DNA of 64,000 nt. Source: Mustelus asterias. Taxonomy: Eukaryota. How positions within the stretch are numbered: position 1 is the first letter of the stretch; each line of letters begins with the position of its first letter. The position numbers and the translations under genes were made by a program. The DNA is taken from positions 83,824,001-83,888,000 of the forward strand of contig NC_135808.1 in assembly GCF_964213995.1 (NCBI RefSeq). The letters run 5' to 3'. Shown here one piece after another: positions 48,455 to 61,248 of the stretch. The notes below the pieces were generated by a model. The model was not told the DNA's origin. It worked only from the letters and a program-made list of their open reading frames with translations, and did not search any database.

Positions 48455-49780
48455 GGAACTACACTCTGGAGCAACTACAAGAGAAACACATGGAACAGCA
48501 CCAGCCCTTGTGCATGACTTTCTTTGAACTCAGAAGAGCCTACAACATTGTCAACCCTGAGAGATTATACAGCATTCTCCTCTGTTTTGGCTGCCCCAAA
48601 TTTTGCCACCATTCTTTCTCATGTACATGCTCTACAATGACATGTAAACCGTGATCCTGACCAACAGTGCCACCACATTCAATTCACACCAGCGCTCTCC
48701 TCAATCTTGCAATCTTCCTGCAATGCTCCATCTCACCCTCAAGCGCTGCTGCTGGAATAGAGCTCAACTGAAGTACAAACAAGAATCTGTTCAGCAGCCA
48801 ATATAAGAAGGCCTGATCCAAGGTCGTCCCATCCTTTGTCATGGAACTGCATACAGCAAATGGTGATTGCATTTGTGCACAATTGGAGGCCAAGTTCCAA
48901 ACTCTGGTCAACACCTTCCCCAAGACGTACATAAGCATGGGCCTTACACTAAATATCCATCCTCTTCCAACCTGCCCTCATCACTCAGAACTGCCCCCCA
49001 CACTAGTCTTAAAATCAACAAGTCCTTGGAAAATGTGTACCATTTTCCATAGATGGGAACCCAGAAGGGCAGACCACAACAATGAACTTCAACCCTGTCT
49101 TCAGTTTGCCAGCATAGCCTTCAGTCGCCTGAGGAATTGTTTGAAGTTCAGGAACTCAGACCCAGGACAAAGCTCGTGGTCTACAGGGCAGTAGTGTTAC
49201 CACCCTCCTAAATGGCTCAGAAACATGGACTCTACAGCAGGCAGGACAAAACTCTGGAGAAGTACCACCAGCGCTGCCTCTGCAAGATCTGGCAAATCCA
49301 TTGGCAGCAAAGGCACACCAACATCAGTGGTCTCGCTCAGGTCCATCTCCTGAGCATTGGAGCTTGACCATGCTGAGTCAGCTCTGCTGGGCTGGCCATA
49401 TCATCGCATGTCCGACATGAGACACCCAAAGCAAACGCTGTACTCGGAGCTTCGATACAGCAAGTGAACCCCAAGAGGGCAGAAAAAAATACATCAAGAA
49501 CACCCTCAAAACCTCCTCAAAATTGACAGCCAGCATTGCCACTAATGCCAGGGAGTCCCGTGCCCAAGTCTGCCTGAAGTGGATAAAAAGCATCCGAGAA
49601 GGAGCTGAACACCTTGCTCTTCATCGCCGAGAGCAAACAGAGGCCGAGCAGTGTCAGGGAAAAGATCACGTAGCGATCCACCCACTCACCCACTTCTCTA
49701 ATCACTATCTGCCCCCCTGTGATAGAGATTGTAGGCTGCCATTCGGCTGCTCCGTAACTTGAGAACTTGTTTTTGAGTGT
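48455..49780 (+). mobile_element. RTE LINE RT/3' fragment (macro-repeat copy)
   Basis: Same 5' junction, collinear with 38327-39680. Confidence 0.85.
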
Positions 49781-50267
49781 TGTAGCCAGTGTGGAGAGTG
49801 GCAACCCCAGTATGGAGCAGTGCAGGAGAATGGTGGCAAACCCAGTGTATATGATCCAGTTGAGGGGCAACGGGACAGGAGAGCGTTTAACCGAGTGTTG
49901 AGCGGAGTGGGGGGTTTAGTGGTGGACTTGTATAATGCAACGCGGGACCAGAGTGCTGACCCCAGTGTACAACAGTGTTTTAGTAAGGTGATAAGTGCCG
50001 ATCCCAGGGTAGAACAGCATGAGAGGACGATGGCAAATACAGTGTGGAGCAGTGCGAGAGATGAGCGCAGAACCCAGTGTGGAGCAACATGTGAGGAGAG
50101 CAGTGATCCCAATGTGCTGCAGTGCAGGAGGAGAACAGCGAAACCCATTGAGCAGCGCAGAAGCAGAGCGGCGAACTCAGTGTGGAGCCAAGTGGATGCA
50201 TAACGACGAAACCAGTATTGAGCAGCACAGCAGTATAGCAGCAAACCCAGAGTGGAGCAGCGCTGGA

Positions 50268-51422
50268 GGAGCAACTACAAGAGAAATATATGGAACAGAA
50301 CCAACTCATGTGCATGACTTTCTTTGATCTCACAAGAGCCTACAACATTGTCATCCCTGAGGGATTTTGGAGTATTCTCCTCCATTCTGGCTGCCCAAAA
50401 TTATTGTCACTACTATTGTCCATCTGCTCTAAAATGACACGTAAACTGTGATCCTGACCAATGTTTCCACCACACGCTCTTCTCAATCTTGCTTCCTACA
50501 ATCCTCCATCTCATCCTTAGAAAACTGCTGCAGGAATAGAGCTCAATTGAAGTACAAACAAAAATCTGTTCAGCATCCAATATGTGCAGGCCTGATCAAG
50601 ATCATCCCATCCTCTGTCATTGAACTACATAAGGCAAACGTGATTGCGTTTTTGCACAATTGGAGTCCAAGCTCCAAACTCTGGTCAACACCTTCCCCAA
50701 GATGTATGAAAGCATGGACCTTACACTAAATATCCAAAAGACAATGGTCCTCTTCCAACCTGACGTTGTCACACAGAACTGCCCTCACACCAGTCATCAA
50801 AATGGACAACATGTCCTTGGAATATCTGGAACACTGACCATACCTTGGGAGCCCAAAAGGACAGACAACAACAACGAGCTTCAACACTGGTAGTCTTGGG
50901 CACAGGGACATGGCCTACGTACAACAGGCACCTCAAAACCCTGTAGAAGTATCACCAGCACTGCCTCTGCAAGATCCTGCAAATCCATTGGCAGCAGAGG
51001 CACACCAACATCAGTGTTCTCGCACAGGTCAATGTCCTGAGCATCGAAGCGTTGACCATGCTGAGTCAGCTCGACTGGTCTGGCCATATCGTCCACATGT
51101 CTGACACGAGACACCCAAAGCAAACAGTGTACTCGAAGCTTCGTTACAGCAAGCGAGCCCCTCAAAACCTCCTCAAAATGTACAACATCCCCACTGACAC
51201 CAGGGAATCCCATGCCCAAGACCGCCTGAAATGGATGAAAAGCATCCGAGAAGGAGCAGAACACCTTGATCTTGAGCAATCGGAAGAGAAGTATTCTCAG
51301 GAAAAGGTGCATGTAGCAAAGCACCCACTTACCTACTCCTCCAATCTCCATTTGCCCCACCTGTGATAGAGATTGTAGGTAGTCATTGGACTGCTCCATC
51401 ATCTGAGAACTTATTTTGAGTG
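50268..51422 (+). mobile_element. RTE LINE RT/3' fragment (macro-repeat copy)
   Basis: Same junction; QLDWSGHIVHMSDTRHPKQTVYSKL (ORF 51052-51366). Confidence 0.85.
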
Positions 51423-52710
51423 TTGTAGCAAGGGTGGAGAAGCACGGGAGGAGAATGGCATGGCCAAAGTGCCACAGCATAGGAGAAGGGTGGCAAATCC
51501 AATATGGAGTAGCATGGGATGAGGATGGTGATCCTAATGAGGAGCAGTGGGAGAGGAGAGTGTTTAACCGAGTGTTGAGCGGAGTGGGGGCGAGTGGTAA
51601 ACTTGTATAACGTAACGCGGGACCAGAGAGCTGATCCCAGTGTACAACAGTGTGTTAGTAGGGAGGTGAGTGCTGATTCCAAGGTTGAACAGCATGAGGG
51701 GACAGAGGCAAACCCAGTGTGGAGCAGTGCGAGAGGGGAGCACTGAACACAGTGGAGCAGTGTGAGAGATAAAAACAGTGTGGAGTAGTGGAGGAGGAGA
51801 GGTAAACAGTGTGAAGCAATGGAGGAGGGGAGAGTTGAATACATTGTGCACCATCGTGGGTGGAGAGCAATGAAACCAGTGTGGAACAGTGTGGACGAAC
51901 AGTGGTGAACCCAATGTGGAGCAGCGTGGGAGGATAGTGACGAACCTAGTATTGGGCATGCAGAACTGTAGAAGCAAACCCAGGGTGGAGCAGTGTGGGA
52001 GGAGCAACTACACTGAGCAGCAACTACAGCGAACTGCAGTGAACAGCACCACCCTGGTACATGGCCTTCTTCGGGTCTTACAGTAAATAACCGTAAGACA
52101 AAGTTCCTCTTCCAACTTCCTCTTGTCACATCGAACTGGCCCCCCTACCAGTTATCAAAATCGACAACAAGGCCTTGGAAAATGTGAACCTGTTTCCATT
52201 CCTTGGGAACTCACTGTCAATAAGCGTAGAACAACAACAACGAGCTTCAACACTGCCTTCAGTCGCCTGAGGAAGTATTTTGTTGCCCAAATAATGCACG
52301 GTAAGTACTCAAATCTTTCAATATTTTTATTAACCTGCAAGCAAGAAGAATAGACACAGTGAACAGTGAATTTCACCATGGTGTTCTGTGTATTCATACA
52401 GAACATGTAGCAGTTACAGTTCACTGTATCTTGCTTTTTGGAATTTTGTGATTGAAAAGGGTCTTATTTTATCCTGTGGCCAAAACAGTGTTTATGGAAC
52501 TAACACACGGCTTAGAATCAGTTGCTTATCCTGAGTACGTAAGCACTGGCCTCATTGAATACCTTGTTTGGCTAAAAATCATTTTCCATTAGTTAATGGA
52601 ACCCAAAAGGACAGGCAACAGCAACGAGCTTCAACACTGTCTTCAGTTTGCCAGTAAGGAGTCTAACAACACCAGGTTAAAGGCCAACATGTTTGTTTGG
52701 TAGCAAATGC

Positions 52711-52745
52711 CACTAGCTTTCGGAGTGCTGCTCCTTCGTCAGGTG
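52711..52745 (-). ncRNA. Minimal type I hammerhead ribozyme motif (3' pLTR)
   Basis: Minus strand CAC-CTGACGA-A-GGAG cagca CTCC-GAAA-GCTA-GTG. Confidence 0.8.
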
Positions 52746-52960
52746 AGTGAGAGCTCTGTTCACAAACAGGGCATATAAAGCCACAAACTCAATTTACAGT
52801 ATAATGAATAATGATTGGAATGCGAGTCTTTACAGCTCATCAAGTCTTAAAGGTACAGACAATGTGAGTGGAGAGAGCATTAGCACAGGTTAAAGAGATG
52901 TGTATTGTCTTCAGACAGGACAGCCAGTGAGACTTTGCAAGTCCAGGCAAGTTGTGGGAG

Positions 52961-55638
52961 TTACAGATAGTGTGACATGAACCCAAGATCCCGGTTGAGG
53001 CCGTCCACATGTGTGTGGAACCTGGCTATCAGTCTCTGCTCAGTGTCTCTGCGCTGCCGTGTGTTGTGAAGGCCGCCTTGGAGAATGCTTACCCGAATAT
53101 CAGAGGCCAAATGCCCGTGACCGCTGAAGTGCTCCCCAACAGGAAGAGAACAGTCTTGCCTGGTGATTGTCAAGCGGTGTTCATTCATCCGTTGTCGTAG
53201 CGTCTGCATGGTTTCCCCAATGTACCATGCTTCGGGACATCCTTTCCTGCAGCGTATCAGGTAGACACCGTTGGCTGAGTTGCAAGAGTAGATACCGTGC
53301 ACCTGGTGGATGGTGTTCTCACGTGAGATGATGGCATCCATGTCAATGATCCGGCACGTCTTGCAGCGGTTGCTGTGGCAGGGTTGTGTGGTGTCGTGGT
53401 CACTGTTCTCCTGAAGGCTGGGTAGTTTGCTGTGGACAATGGTCTGTTTGAGGTTGTGCGGTTGTTTGAAGGCAAGAAGTGGGGGTGTGAGGATGGCCTT
53501 GGCGAGATGTTCGTCTTCATCAATGACATGTTGAAGGCTCTGGAGGAGATGCCGTTGCTTCTCCGCTCCGGGGAAGTACTGGATGACGAAGGGTACTCTG
53601 TCCACCGTGCCCCGTGTTTGTCTTCTGAGGAGGTTGGTGCGGTTATTCGCTGTGGCGCGTCGGAACTGTCGATCAATGAGTCGAGCGCCATATCCTGTTC
53701 TTATGAGGGCATCTTTCAGTGTCTGGAGGTGTCTGTTGTGATCCTCCTAATCCAAGCAGATCCTGTGTATATGGAGGGCTTGTCCGTAGGGGATGGCTTC
53801 TTTTACGTGTTTAGGGTGGAAGCTGGAGAAGTGGAGCATCGTGAGGTTCTCCGTGGGCTTGCGGTACAGTGAGGTGCTGCGGTGACCGTCCTTAATGGAG
53901 ATGCGTGTGTCCAAGAATGCAACCGATTCCGGAGAGTACTCCATGGTGAGTCTGATGGTGGGATGGAACTTGTTGATGTCATCATATAGTTGTCGCAGTG
54001 ATTGTTCACATGAGTCCAAAGGACGAAAATGTCATCGATGTATCTAGTGTATAGCATCGGTTGAAGGTCTTGTGCGGTGAAGAGGTCTTGTTCAAACCTG
54101 TGCATGAAGATGTTGGCATATTGAGGGGCGAATTTGGTCCCCATGGCTGTTCCGTGTGTCTGGATGAAGAACTGGTTGTTGAAGGTGAAGACATTGTGGT
54201 CCAGGATGAAGTGGATGAATTGTAAAATTGCATCTGGAAACTGGCAGTTGTCAGCGTTGAGTACTGAGGCAGTTGCAGAAATGCCATCATCGTGGGGGAT
54301 GCTGGTGTAGAGTGCCGAAACATCCATTGTGACGAGGAGTGCTTCTGATTCAACTGCTCCATTTGTGCTGAGTTTCTGTAGGAAGTCTGTAGTGTCGCAA
54401 CAAAAGCTGGGGGTTCTTTGTACAATGGGTTTCAGGATGCCCTCGACATAGTTGGAGAGGTTCTCGCACAGGGTCCCATTGCCTGATACGATGGGACGGC
54501 CAGGTGTGTTTGCCTTGTGTATCTTTGGGAGGCAGTAGAGATCTCCAACGCGGGGAGTACGTGGGATGAGAGCACGGAGGGTGTTCTGAAGGTCCGGATC
54601 AAAGGTCTTGATCAGAGTGTTGAGTTGACGGGTGTGTTCTTTGGTTGGATCTGCGGGTAACTGTCTGTAGTGTTCCTCGTTGTTCAGTTGTCAGTACACT
54701 TCTTTGCAGTAATCCGTTCTGTTCAGTATGACGATGGCCCCTCCTTTGTCTGCTGGTTTGATGACAATGTTGCGGTTGGTCTTGAGAGCGCAGATGGCAT
54801 TGCGTTGTGCTTGGGTGACGTTCGGGGCTGTCTTGTGAGTGCGGCTGATGAATTTGGTGTTGACGCACCTCCTGATGGCTTGGGCATACATGTCAATTCG
54901 AGGGCAGCGGCTTTCCGGAGAGGTCTAATTCGACTCTTTCCTCTTCGGATGCACTGCGGATCTCTCTGTCGGCTGATCCGGTTCATTGGCTGTCTCAATG
55001 TGTTCGCTGTTGGCCTCTTGGGGTTTGTGGAAGAACTCCAGCAGCCTCATTCGCCTGATGAATTCCTCTGTGTCTGCTGCGAGACTGATGGGGTCTATTT
55101 TGGTGGTGGGGCAAAAATTGAGCCCTCGGCTGAGAACTTCAATTTCATCTGGTTGAAGTGTGTAGTCCGACAAGTTGACAATGGACTTCCCTGTAGTGGT
55201 ACTGTTTTCTACTGTGGTACCGGGGGAGGCTTGGTTGCTGCTGGTGGTGATGCCGAGTTTCTCAAGTTTCCCGTTCTTGGTGTGCATGTAGATGGTATAG
55301 TTCCTTTGTCTCGTCTGCTTGGCAGAGTTTTACAGCTGGTCTGCATCCTGAGCGCAAGTTGAGAATATGGATTCTATCTTGGTTTCCAGGCTGCGGCGTT
55401 TGCTGTAGAGCTGGTGTATGAGGTGTTTGAGGAGTGTGAGAGAGGTGCGACAGCAAAGTCTCTCAGCGTAGTCTGTGTTATAGGTTGACCTGAGTGGGTT
55501 TGTGATCCGTAGTCCTTTCGGTATCTTGTCTGCTTTCTTGCATCTGTGTAGAAACTTGGTATCTGTGTCGATATGCGCGATCTTCTTGGAGATCCTCTCC
55601 ACTTGCAGCCGGCGGTTTGCGGTGTCGATGGTAGTCAT
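52961..55638 (-). pseudogene. Penelope-like RT + GIY-YIG endonuclease ORF, disrupted
   Basis: IVIKPADKGGAIV, MDVSALYTSIPH, GTAMGTKFAPQYANIFM, RYIDDIF, Cys linker PCHSNRCKTC and VYLIRC..WYIGET..RMNEH. Several stops and frameshifts. Confidence 0.93.
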
Positions 55639-55732
55639 GATGTGGAGATGCCGGCGTTGGACTGGGGTAAAAACAGTAAGGAGTCTCACAACACCAGGTT
55701 AAAGTCCAACAGGTTTATTTGGTAGCAAACAC

Positions 55733-55767
55733 CACTAGCTTTCGGAACGCTGCTCCTTCGTCAGGTG
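55733..55767 (-). ncRNA. Minimal type I hammerhead ribozyme motif (5' pLTR)
   Basis: Minus strand CAC-CTGACGA-A-GGAGC agc GTTCC-GAAA-GCTA-GTG, with a G-U wobble in stem II. Confidence 0.8.
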
Positions 55768-55971
55768 AGTGGGAGTTCTGTTCACAAACAGGGCATATAA
55801 AGACACAAACTCAATTTACAGAATAATGAATAATGATTGGAATGCGAGTCTTTACAGCTAATCAAGTCTTAAAGGTATAGACAATGTGAGTGGAGAGAGC
55901 ATTAACACAGGTTAAAGAGATGTGTATTGTCTCCAGACAGGACAGCCAGTGAGACTTTGCAAGTCCAGGAG

Positions 55972-56565
55972 TTACAGATAGTGTGACATGAGCCCAAGAT
56001 CCCGGTTGAGGCCGTCTTCATGTGTGCGGAACCTGGCTATCAGTCTCTGCTCAGCGACTCTGCGCTGTCGTGTGTTGTGAAGGCCGCCTTGGAGAATGCT
56101 TACCCGAATATCAGAGGCCGAATGCTCGTGACCGCTGAAGTGCTCCCCAACAGGAAGAGAACAGTCTTGCCTGGTGATTGTCGAGCGGTGTTCATTCATC
56201 CGTTGTCGTAGCGTCTGCATGGTTTCCCCAATGTACCATGCCTCGGGACATCCTTTCCTGCAGCGTATCAGGTAGACAACGTTGGCCAAGTTGCAAGAGT
56301 ATGTACCATGTACCTGGTGGATGGTGTTCTCACGTGAGATGATGGCATCCGTGTCGATGATCCAGCACGTCTTGCAGCGGTTGCTGTGGCAGGGTTGTGT
56401 GGTGTCGTGGTCACTGTTCTCCTGAAGGCTGGGTAGTTTGCTGCGGATAATGGTCTGTTTGAGGTTGTGCGGTTGTTTGAAGGCAAGAAGTAGGGGCGTG
56501 GGGATGGCCTTGGCGAGATGTTCGTCTTCATCAATGACATGTTGAAGGCTCCGGAGGAGATGCCA
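55972..56565 (-). pseudogene. Duplicated GIY-YIG C-terminal portion of the Penelope-like ORF
   Basis: ORF 55972-56640 is nearly identical to ORF 52961-53605. Confidence 0.9.
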
Positions 56566-58632
56566 TAGCTTCAGTTTGCCAGCACAGCCTTCTGTTGCCT
56601 GAGGAAGTGTTTGAATATCAGGAACACTGACCCAGCACAAAGCTCATGGTCTGCAGGACAGTAGTGTTACCATCCTCCCATGTGGCTCAGAGACATGGAT
56701 TATATATCTCAAAACCCTGGAGAAATACCACCAACGCTGCCTTTGCAACATGCTGCAAATCCATTGACAGCATAGGCACACTAACGTTAGTGTTCTCGCT
56801 CAGGCCAATATCCCCAGTGTCTAAGCATTGACCCTGCTGAGTCAGCTGGCCACATCGTCCACATGTCTGAGACAAGACTCCCAAAGCAAACGCTGTACTT
56901 GGAGCTTCGATACAGGAAGCGAGCCCCAGAAGGGCAGACAAATGCATCTAGAATGCACTCAAAACGTCCACAAAACTTACAACATCAGAGACATCTACAT
57001 CTCTGAGCTATATGGGAGGATGATAACGCTATTGCCCTGTAGACCATGAGTTTTGTATTGGATCTGAGTTCCTGACCTTCAAAGTGTGGAAATTAAGTTG
57101 TAATTCCAGCTATGGCCAAATATTTAATTCACTTTGTTCTGCAAGATTAAGGATGCTCACTTCAAATAAAACAATAAATATAATGAAGCTATAGTTAAAA
57201 GCCGTTAAAAACTGCATCGACACCAGGGAATCCCATGCCCAAGACTGCCTGACATGGATGAAAAGCATCTGAGAAGGAGCTGAACACCTTGATCTTCATC
57301 GTTGAGAGCAATCAGAAGCCAAGCATTGTCAGGGAAAGGAGCGCGTAGTGATCCACCCACTCACCCACTCCTCCAATCCCCATCTGCCCCACCTGTGATA
57401 GAGATTGTAGGCTGTCATTAGAATGCTCCATCACCTGAGAACTTACTTTGAGAGGAGAGTGGCATCCCCAGTGTGGAGCATTGCAGGAGAAGGGTGGCAA
57501 ACCCAGTGTATATTAGTGCGGGATGAGGACGGTGATTCTAATGAGGAGCAGTGGGAGAGGCGAGTGTTGAGCGGAGTGCGGGGTTTAGCAGTGAACTTGT
57601 AAAATGCAATGCGGAACCAGAGAACTGATCGCAATGTACAACAGTGTGCTAGTAAGGAGGTGAGTAGAGATCCCAGGATAGAACAACATGAGAGGACAGC
57701 AGGAAACCCAGTATGGAGCAGTGCGAGAGGGGAACGCTGAGCCCAGTGTGGAGCAGTGTGAAAGGGGAGCGCTGAACCCAGTGTGGAGCAGTGCAGCAGA
57801 AGAGGGATGAAACCAGTATGCAGCAGAGCGGGAAGACACTGGTCAACCCAGTGCGGAGCAGCACGAGAGGAGAGAAATCAATCCTGTGTGGATCAGTGAG
57901 ATTTGTGAACCTAGTGTAGGAGGACGGCGAAAGCAGTGTGGAGCAGCGCGGGTGAAATTGGCAACCGAGTATGAAGCATTGCGGGAGTAGAGCGGTGAAC
58001 CCAGTATGGAGTGACGCCAGAGAGGAGCAGCGAACTCAATATAATGTGAAGCAGGCCATAAACGACAAGCCCAGTTTGGAGCGGTGCAGTAGAAGCTCAA
58101 TGAACCCAGTGTGAAAAGCACAGAAGAGCGATGGAAGCAGTGCAGAGCAATGCGAGAGGAGTATGGCGAGTCAAATATGGAACAGGGCAGGAGGAGAGCA
58201 ATAAATCCAGCAGCGGAGGAGGAGAGAGGTGAGCACCGTGTGGACCACTGTGGGAGGAGAGCGACGAAACTGGTGTGGCCCAGTGCAGGCAGAGTGTGGT
58301 GAACCCAGTAGGGCAGTGCGCAAGGATGGCGAACCCAGTATGAAACAGCGTGGGAGGAGAGCAGAGATTCCAGTTTCAAAGTGTCAAAGGAGATGGAGTG
58401 GTGAACCTGGTGTGGAGCAGTGGCAGAGAAGAGTGGCGATTGCAGTGTGTGCCAGCATGGGTGAGCCCAACGAAACTTGCGTGCAGCAGCATAGGAGGAG
58501 AGTGACAAAACCTTTGTGTAGTAGTGTGGGAGGACAGTGGTAAATCCAAGAGAGCAGCACGGGAGGAGCAGCTGAACCCAGTGTGGAGCAGTGCAGCAGT
58601 CTGGCAGCAAACCCAGGGTGGAGCAGTGTGAA

Positions 58633-59670
58633 GGAACAACTATACTGAGCAGCAACTACAAGAGAAATGCAGGGAACAGCACCAACGCTTCTACATTACC
58701 TTCTTTGAGCTCACAAAAGCCTTCAACATTGTCAACCCTGAGAGATTATGGAGCACTCTTCTCCATTTCGCTGCCCCAAATGTTTGTGACCATTCTCCAC
58801 CTGCTCCACTATGACATGCAAGCCGTGATTCTGACCAAGCAATTCCGTGTCATCACACCAACTCTCTTCTCGATCTTGCTCCCTGCAATGCTCCATCTCA
58901 CCCTCAGCAAGCTGCCGCTGGAGTGGAGCCAAGTTACAGAACAAATAAGAACCCACTCAGCATCCAATACATGCAGGCCTGATCTAAGGTCATCCCATCC
59001 TCTGGCATTGAACTATATAATGTAAACAAGACTTCTTTATGTGCATAATTGGAGGCCATGCTCTAAGCCATCATCAACACCCTCACCAAGACATACGAGA
59101 GCAGGGACCTTCCACTAAATACCCGTAAGACATAGGTCCTCTTCCAACCTGCCCTCATCACACAGAACTTCCCTCCAATTGATTATCAAAATCGGCAACA
59201 AGGTCTTGGAAAATGTGGATCATTTTCCATACCTTGGGAGCCCACTATCCAGAAGGGCAGACAACAGCAACGAGCTTAAACAATGCCTTCAGTGTGCCAG
59301 CACAGTCTTATGTTGTCTGGGGAAGTGTTTGAAGATCAGGAACTCAGATCCAGCACAAAGCTCATGGTCCACAGAGCAGTAGTGTTACAGCCTTCCTAAA
59401 TGGCTCAGAGACGTGGACTATGTAGAGCAGGCATCTCAAAACCCGGGAGAAGTACCACCAGTGCTATCTACACAAGATCCTGCAAATCCATTGGCAGCAT
59501 GGACACACTAATGTCAGTATACTCGCTCAGGTCAATACCTCCAGCATCGAAGCATTGACCATGCTGAATCTGCTCTGCTGGGCAGGCCACATCGTTCGCA
59601 TATCTGAACACCTTGATATTCATTGCCGAAAGCAAATGGAGGCTGAGTGATGTCAAGGATTGGAGCTCAT
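58633..59670 (+). mobile_element. RTE LINE RT/3' fragment (macro-repeat copy)
   Basis: Same junction; KVLENVDHFPYLGSPLS (ORF 59179-59382). Confidence 0.85.
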
Positions 59671-60711
59671 AGAACCTAATGAAGAGCAGTGGGAGAGGAG
59701 AGTGTTTAACTGAGTGTTGATTGGAGTGGGGGCTTTAGTGGAGAACTAGTATCACACAATGCAGGACCAGAGAACTGATCCCAGTGTACAACAGTGTGTT
59801 AGTAAGGGGGTGAGTAGTGATCCCAGGGTAGAACAGCATGAGAGGATGGTGCAAACCCCGTGTGGAGTAGTGTGAGAGGAGAGAGATGAATCCAGTGTGG
59901 AGCAGCGAGATTGGAGAACCAAGTGTAGATCAATGCGTTAGGAGGACGGTGGAAGCAGTGCGGAGCAATGCGGGTCAAATTGACATCCTAGTGTGAAACA
60001 TCGCAGGAGCTCAGCGATGAGCCCAGTATGGAGTTACGTGGGAGGAGAGCTGCGAACACAGTATAATACGACGCAGGACATAAATGACGAGCCCAGTTTT
60101 GAGTGGGGCAGTGGGAGATCAATGAACCAAGTGCAGGCAGCACAAGAGGAGAGCAATTAAACCAGCGTGGAGCAATGCGAGAGGGGTACAGTTTATTGAA
60201 TATGGAGCAGCGCAGGAAGAGAGCGATAAATCCAGTCTGGAGCAGTGGAGGAGCAGAGAGGTGAACACAGTGCGGACAATCGAGGGAGGAGAGTGATGAA
60301 ATTCAGTGTGCCCAAGGCTGTGTGTGGTGAACTTAGTCAAGCAATGCACATGGCTGGTGAACTCAGTATGGAAGAGTGCAGGAGAGATCCCTGTTTGAAA
60401 ATGTGTGCGAGGAGGTGGAGGGACGATTCCAGTGTGGAGCAGTGTGGGAGGAACGCCACAAAACCTCTGTAGCAGTGCGGGATGACTGTGGTGAACCCAG
60501 GGGAGGAGCACGTGTGGAGAACAGCGATCCCAGTGTGGCGTATCACAGTGCAGGATGAGTTCGCTGAGCCTAGTGTGGCGCAGTACAGGAGGCAATCGGT
60601 GAATCCCGTAGACAACGCAGAACCAGTATGCCGAACCCACCGTGGAGCCATGTGGGTGGAAAACAGCAAACCCAGTGTTGAGCAGTATAGCAGCAAGCCG
60701 AAGGTGGAACC

Positions 60712-61248
60712 GTGCAGGTCAGTAGTGTTACCACCCTCCTTTCTCGCTCAGAGACATGGACAGGAGATACATCAAAACCCTGGAAAAATGTTCACCAGTG
60801 CTGCCAAAGCAAGATCCTGCAAATCCATTGACTGCATAGGCACACCAACGTCAGTGTTCTCGCTCAGGTCAATCAGCGCAGCATCGAAGCATTGACAATG
60901 CTGAATCAACCCTGCTGGGCAGGCGACATCATCCTCATGTCTGACATGAGACTCACAAAACAAACGCTATACTTGAAACATCGATACAGCAAGCGAACCC
61001 CAGAAGGGCAGAATAAAGGCATCAAGAACATCTTCAAACCCTCCTCATAACTTACAACAATCAACCGATACCGGGAAAGCATCTAAGAAGGAGCTGAACA
61101 TCTTGATCTCCATCGTGGAAGCCAAGCAGAGTCAGAGAAAGGAGCGTGTAGCAATCTACCCACTCCTCCAATCCCCATTTGCCCCACCTGTGATAGAGAT
61201 TATAGGTTGTCATTGGACTGCTCAGTCACCTGAAAATCAATTTTGAGT
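60712..61248 (+). mobile_element. Shorter RTE LINE 3' fragment
   Basis: caagatcctgcaaatccattg...cagcatcgaagcattgac, collinear with the other copies. Confidence 0.8.

Larger units (their letters stand above)
52655..56568 (-). mobile_element. Penelope-like element (Neptune-like) in partial-tandem (pLTR) arrangement
   Basis: 14-bp TSD CTTCAGTTTGCCAG (52641-52654, 56569-56582). A 5'-truncated copy (56565-55636) is followed by a full ORF region and a second 3' UTR; 55675-56565 repeats 52655-53552. Confidence 0.95.
52001..57450 (+). mobile_element. RTE LINE RT/3' fragment (macro-repeat copy) hosting the Penelope insertion and two unique inserts
   Basis: RTE sequence at ~52001-52276, 52597-52654, 56569-56986 and 57215-57450. 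Confidence 0.8.
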
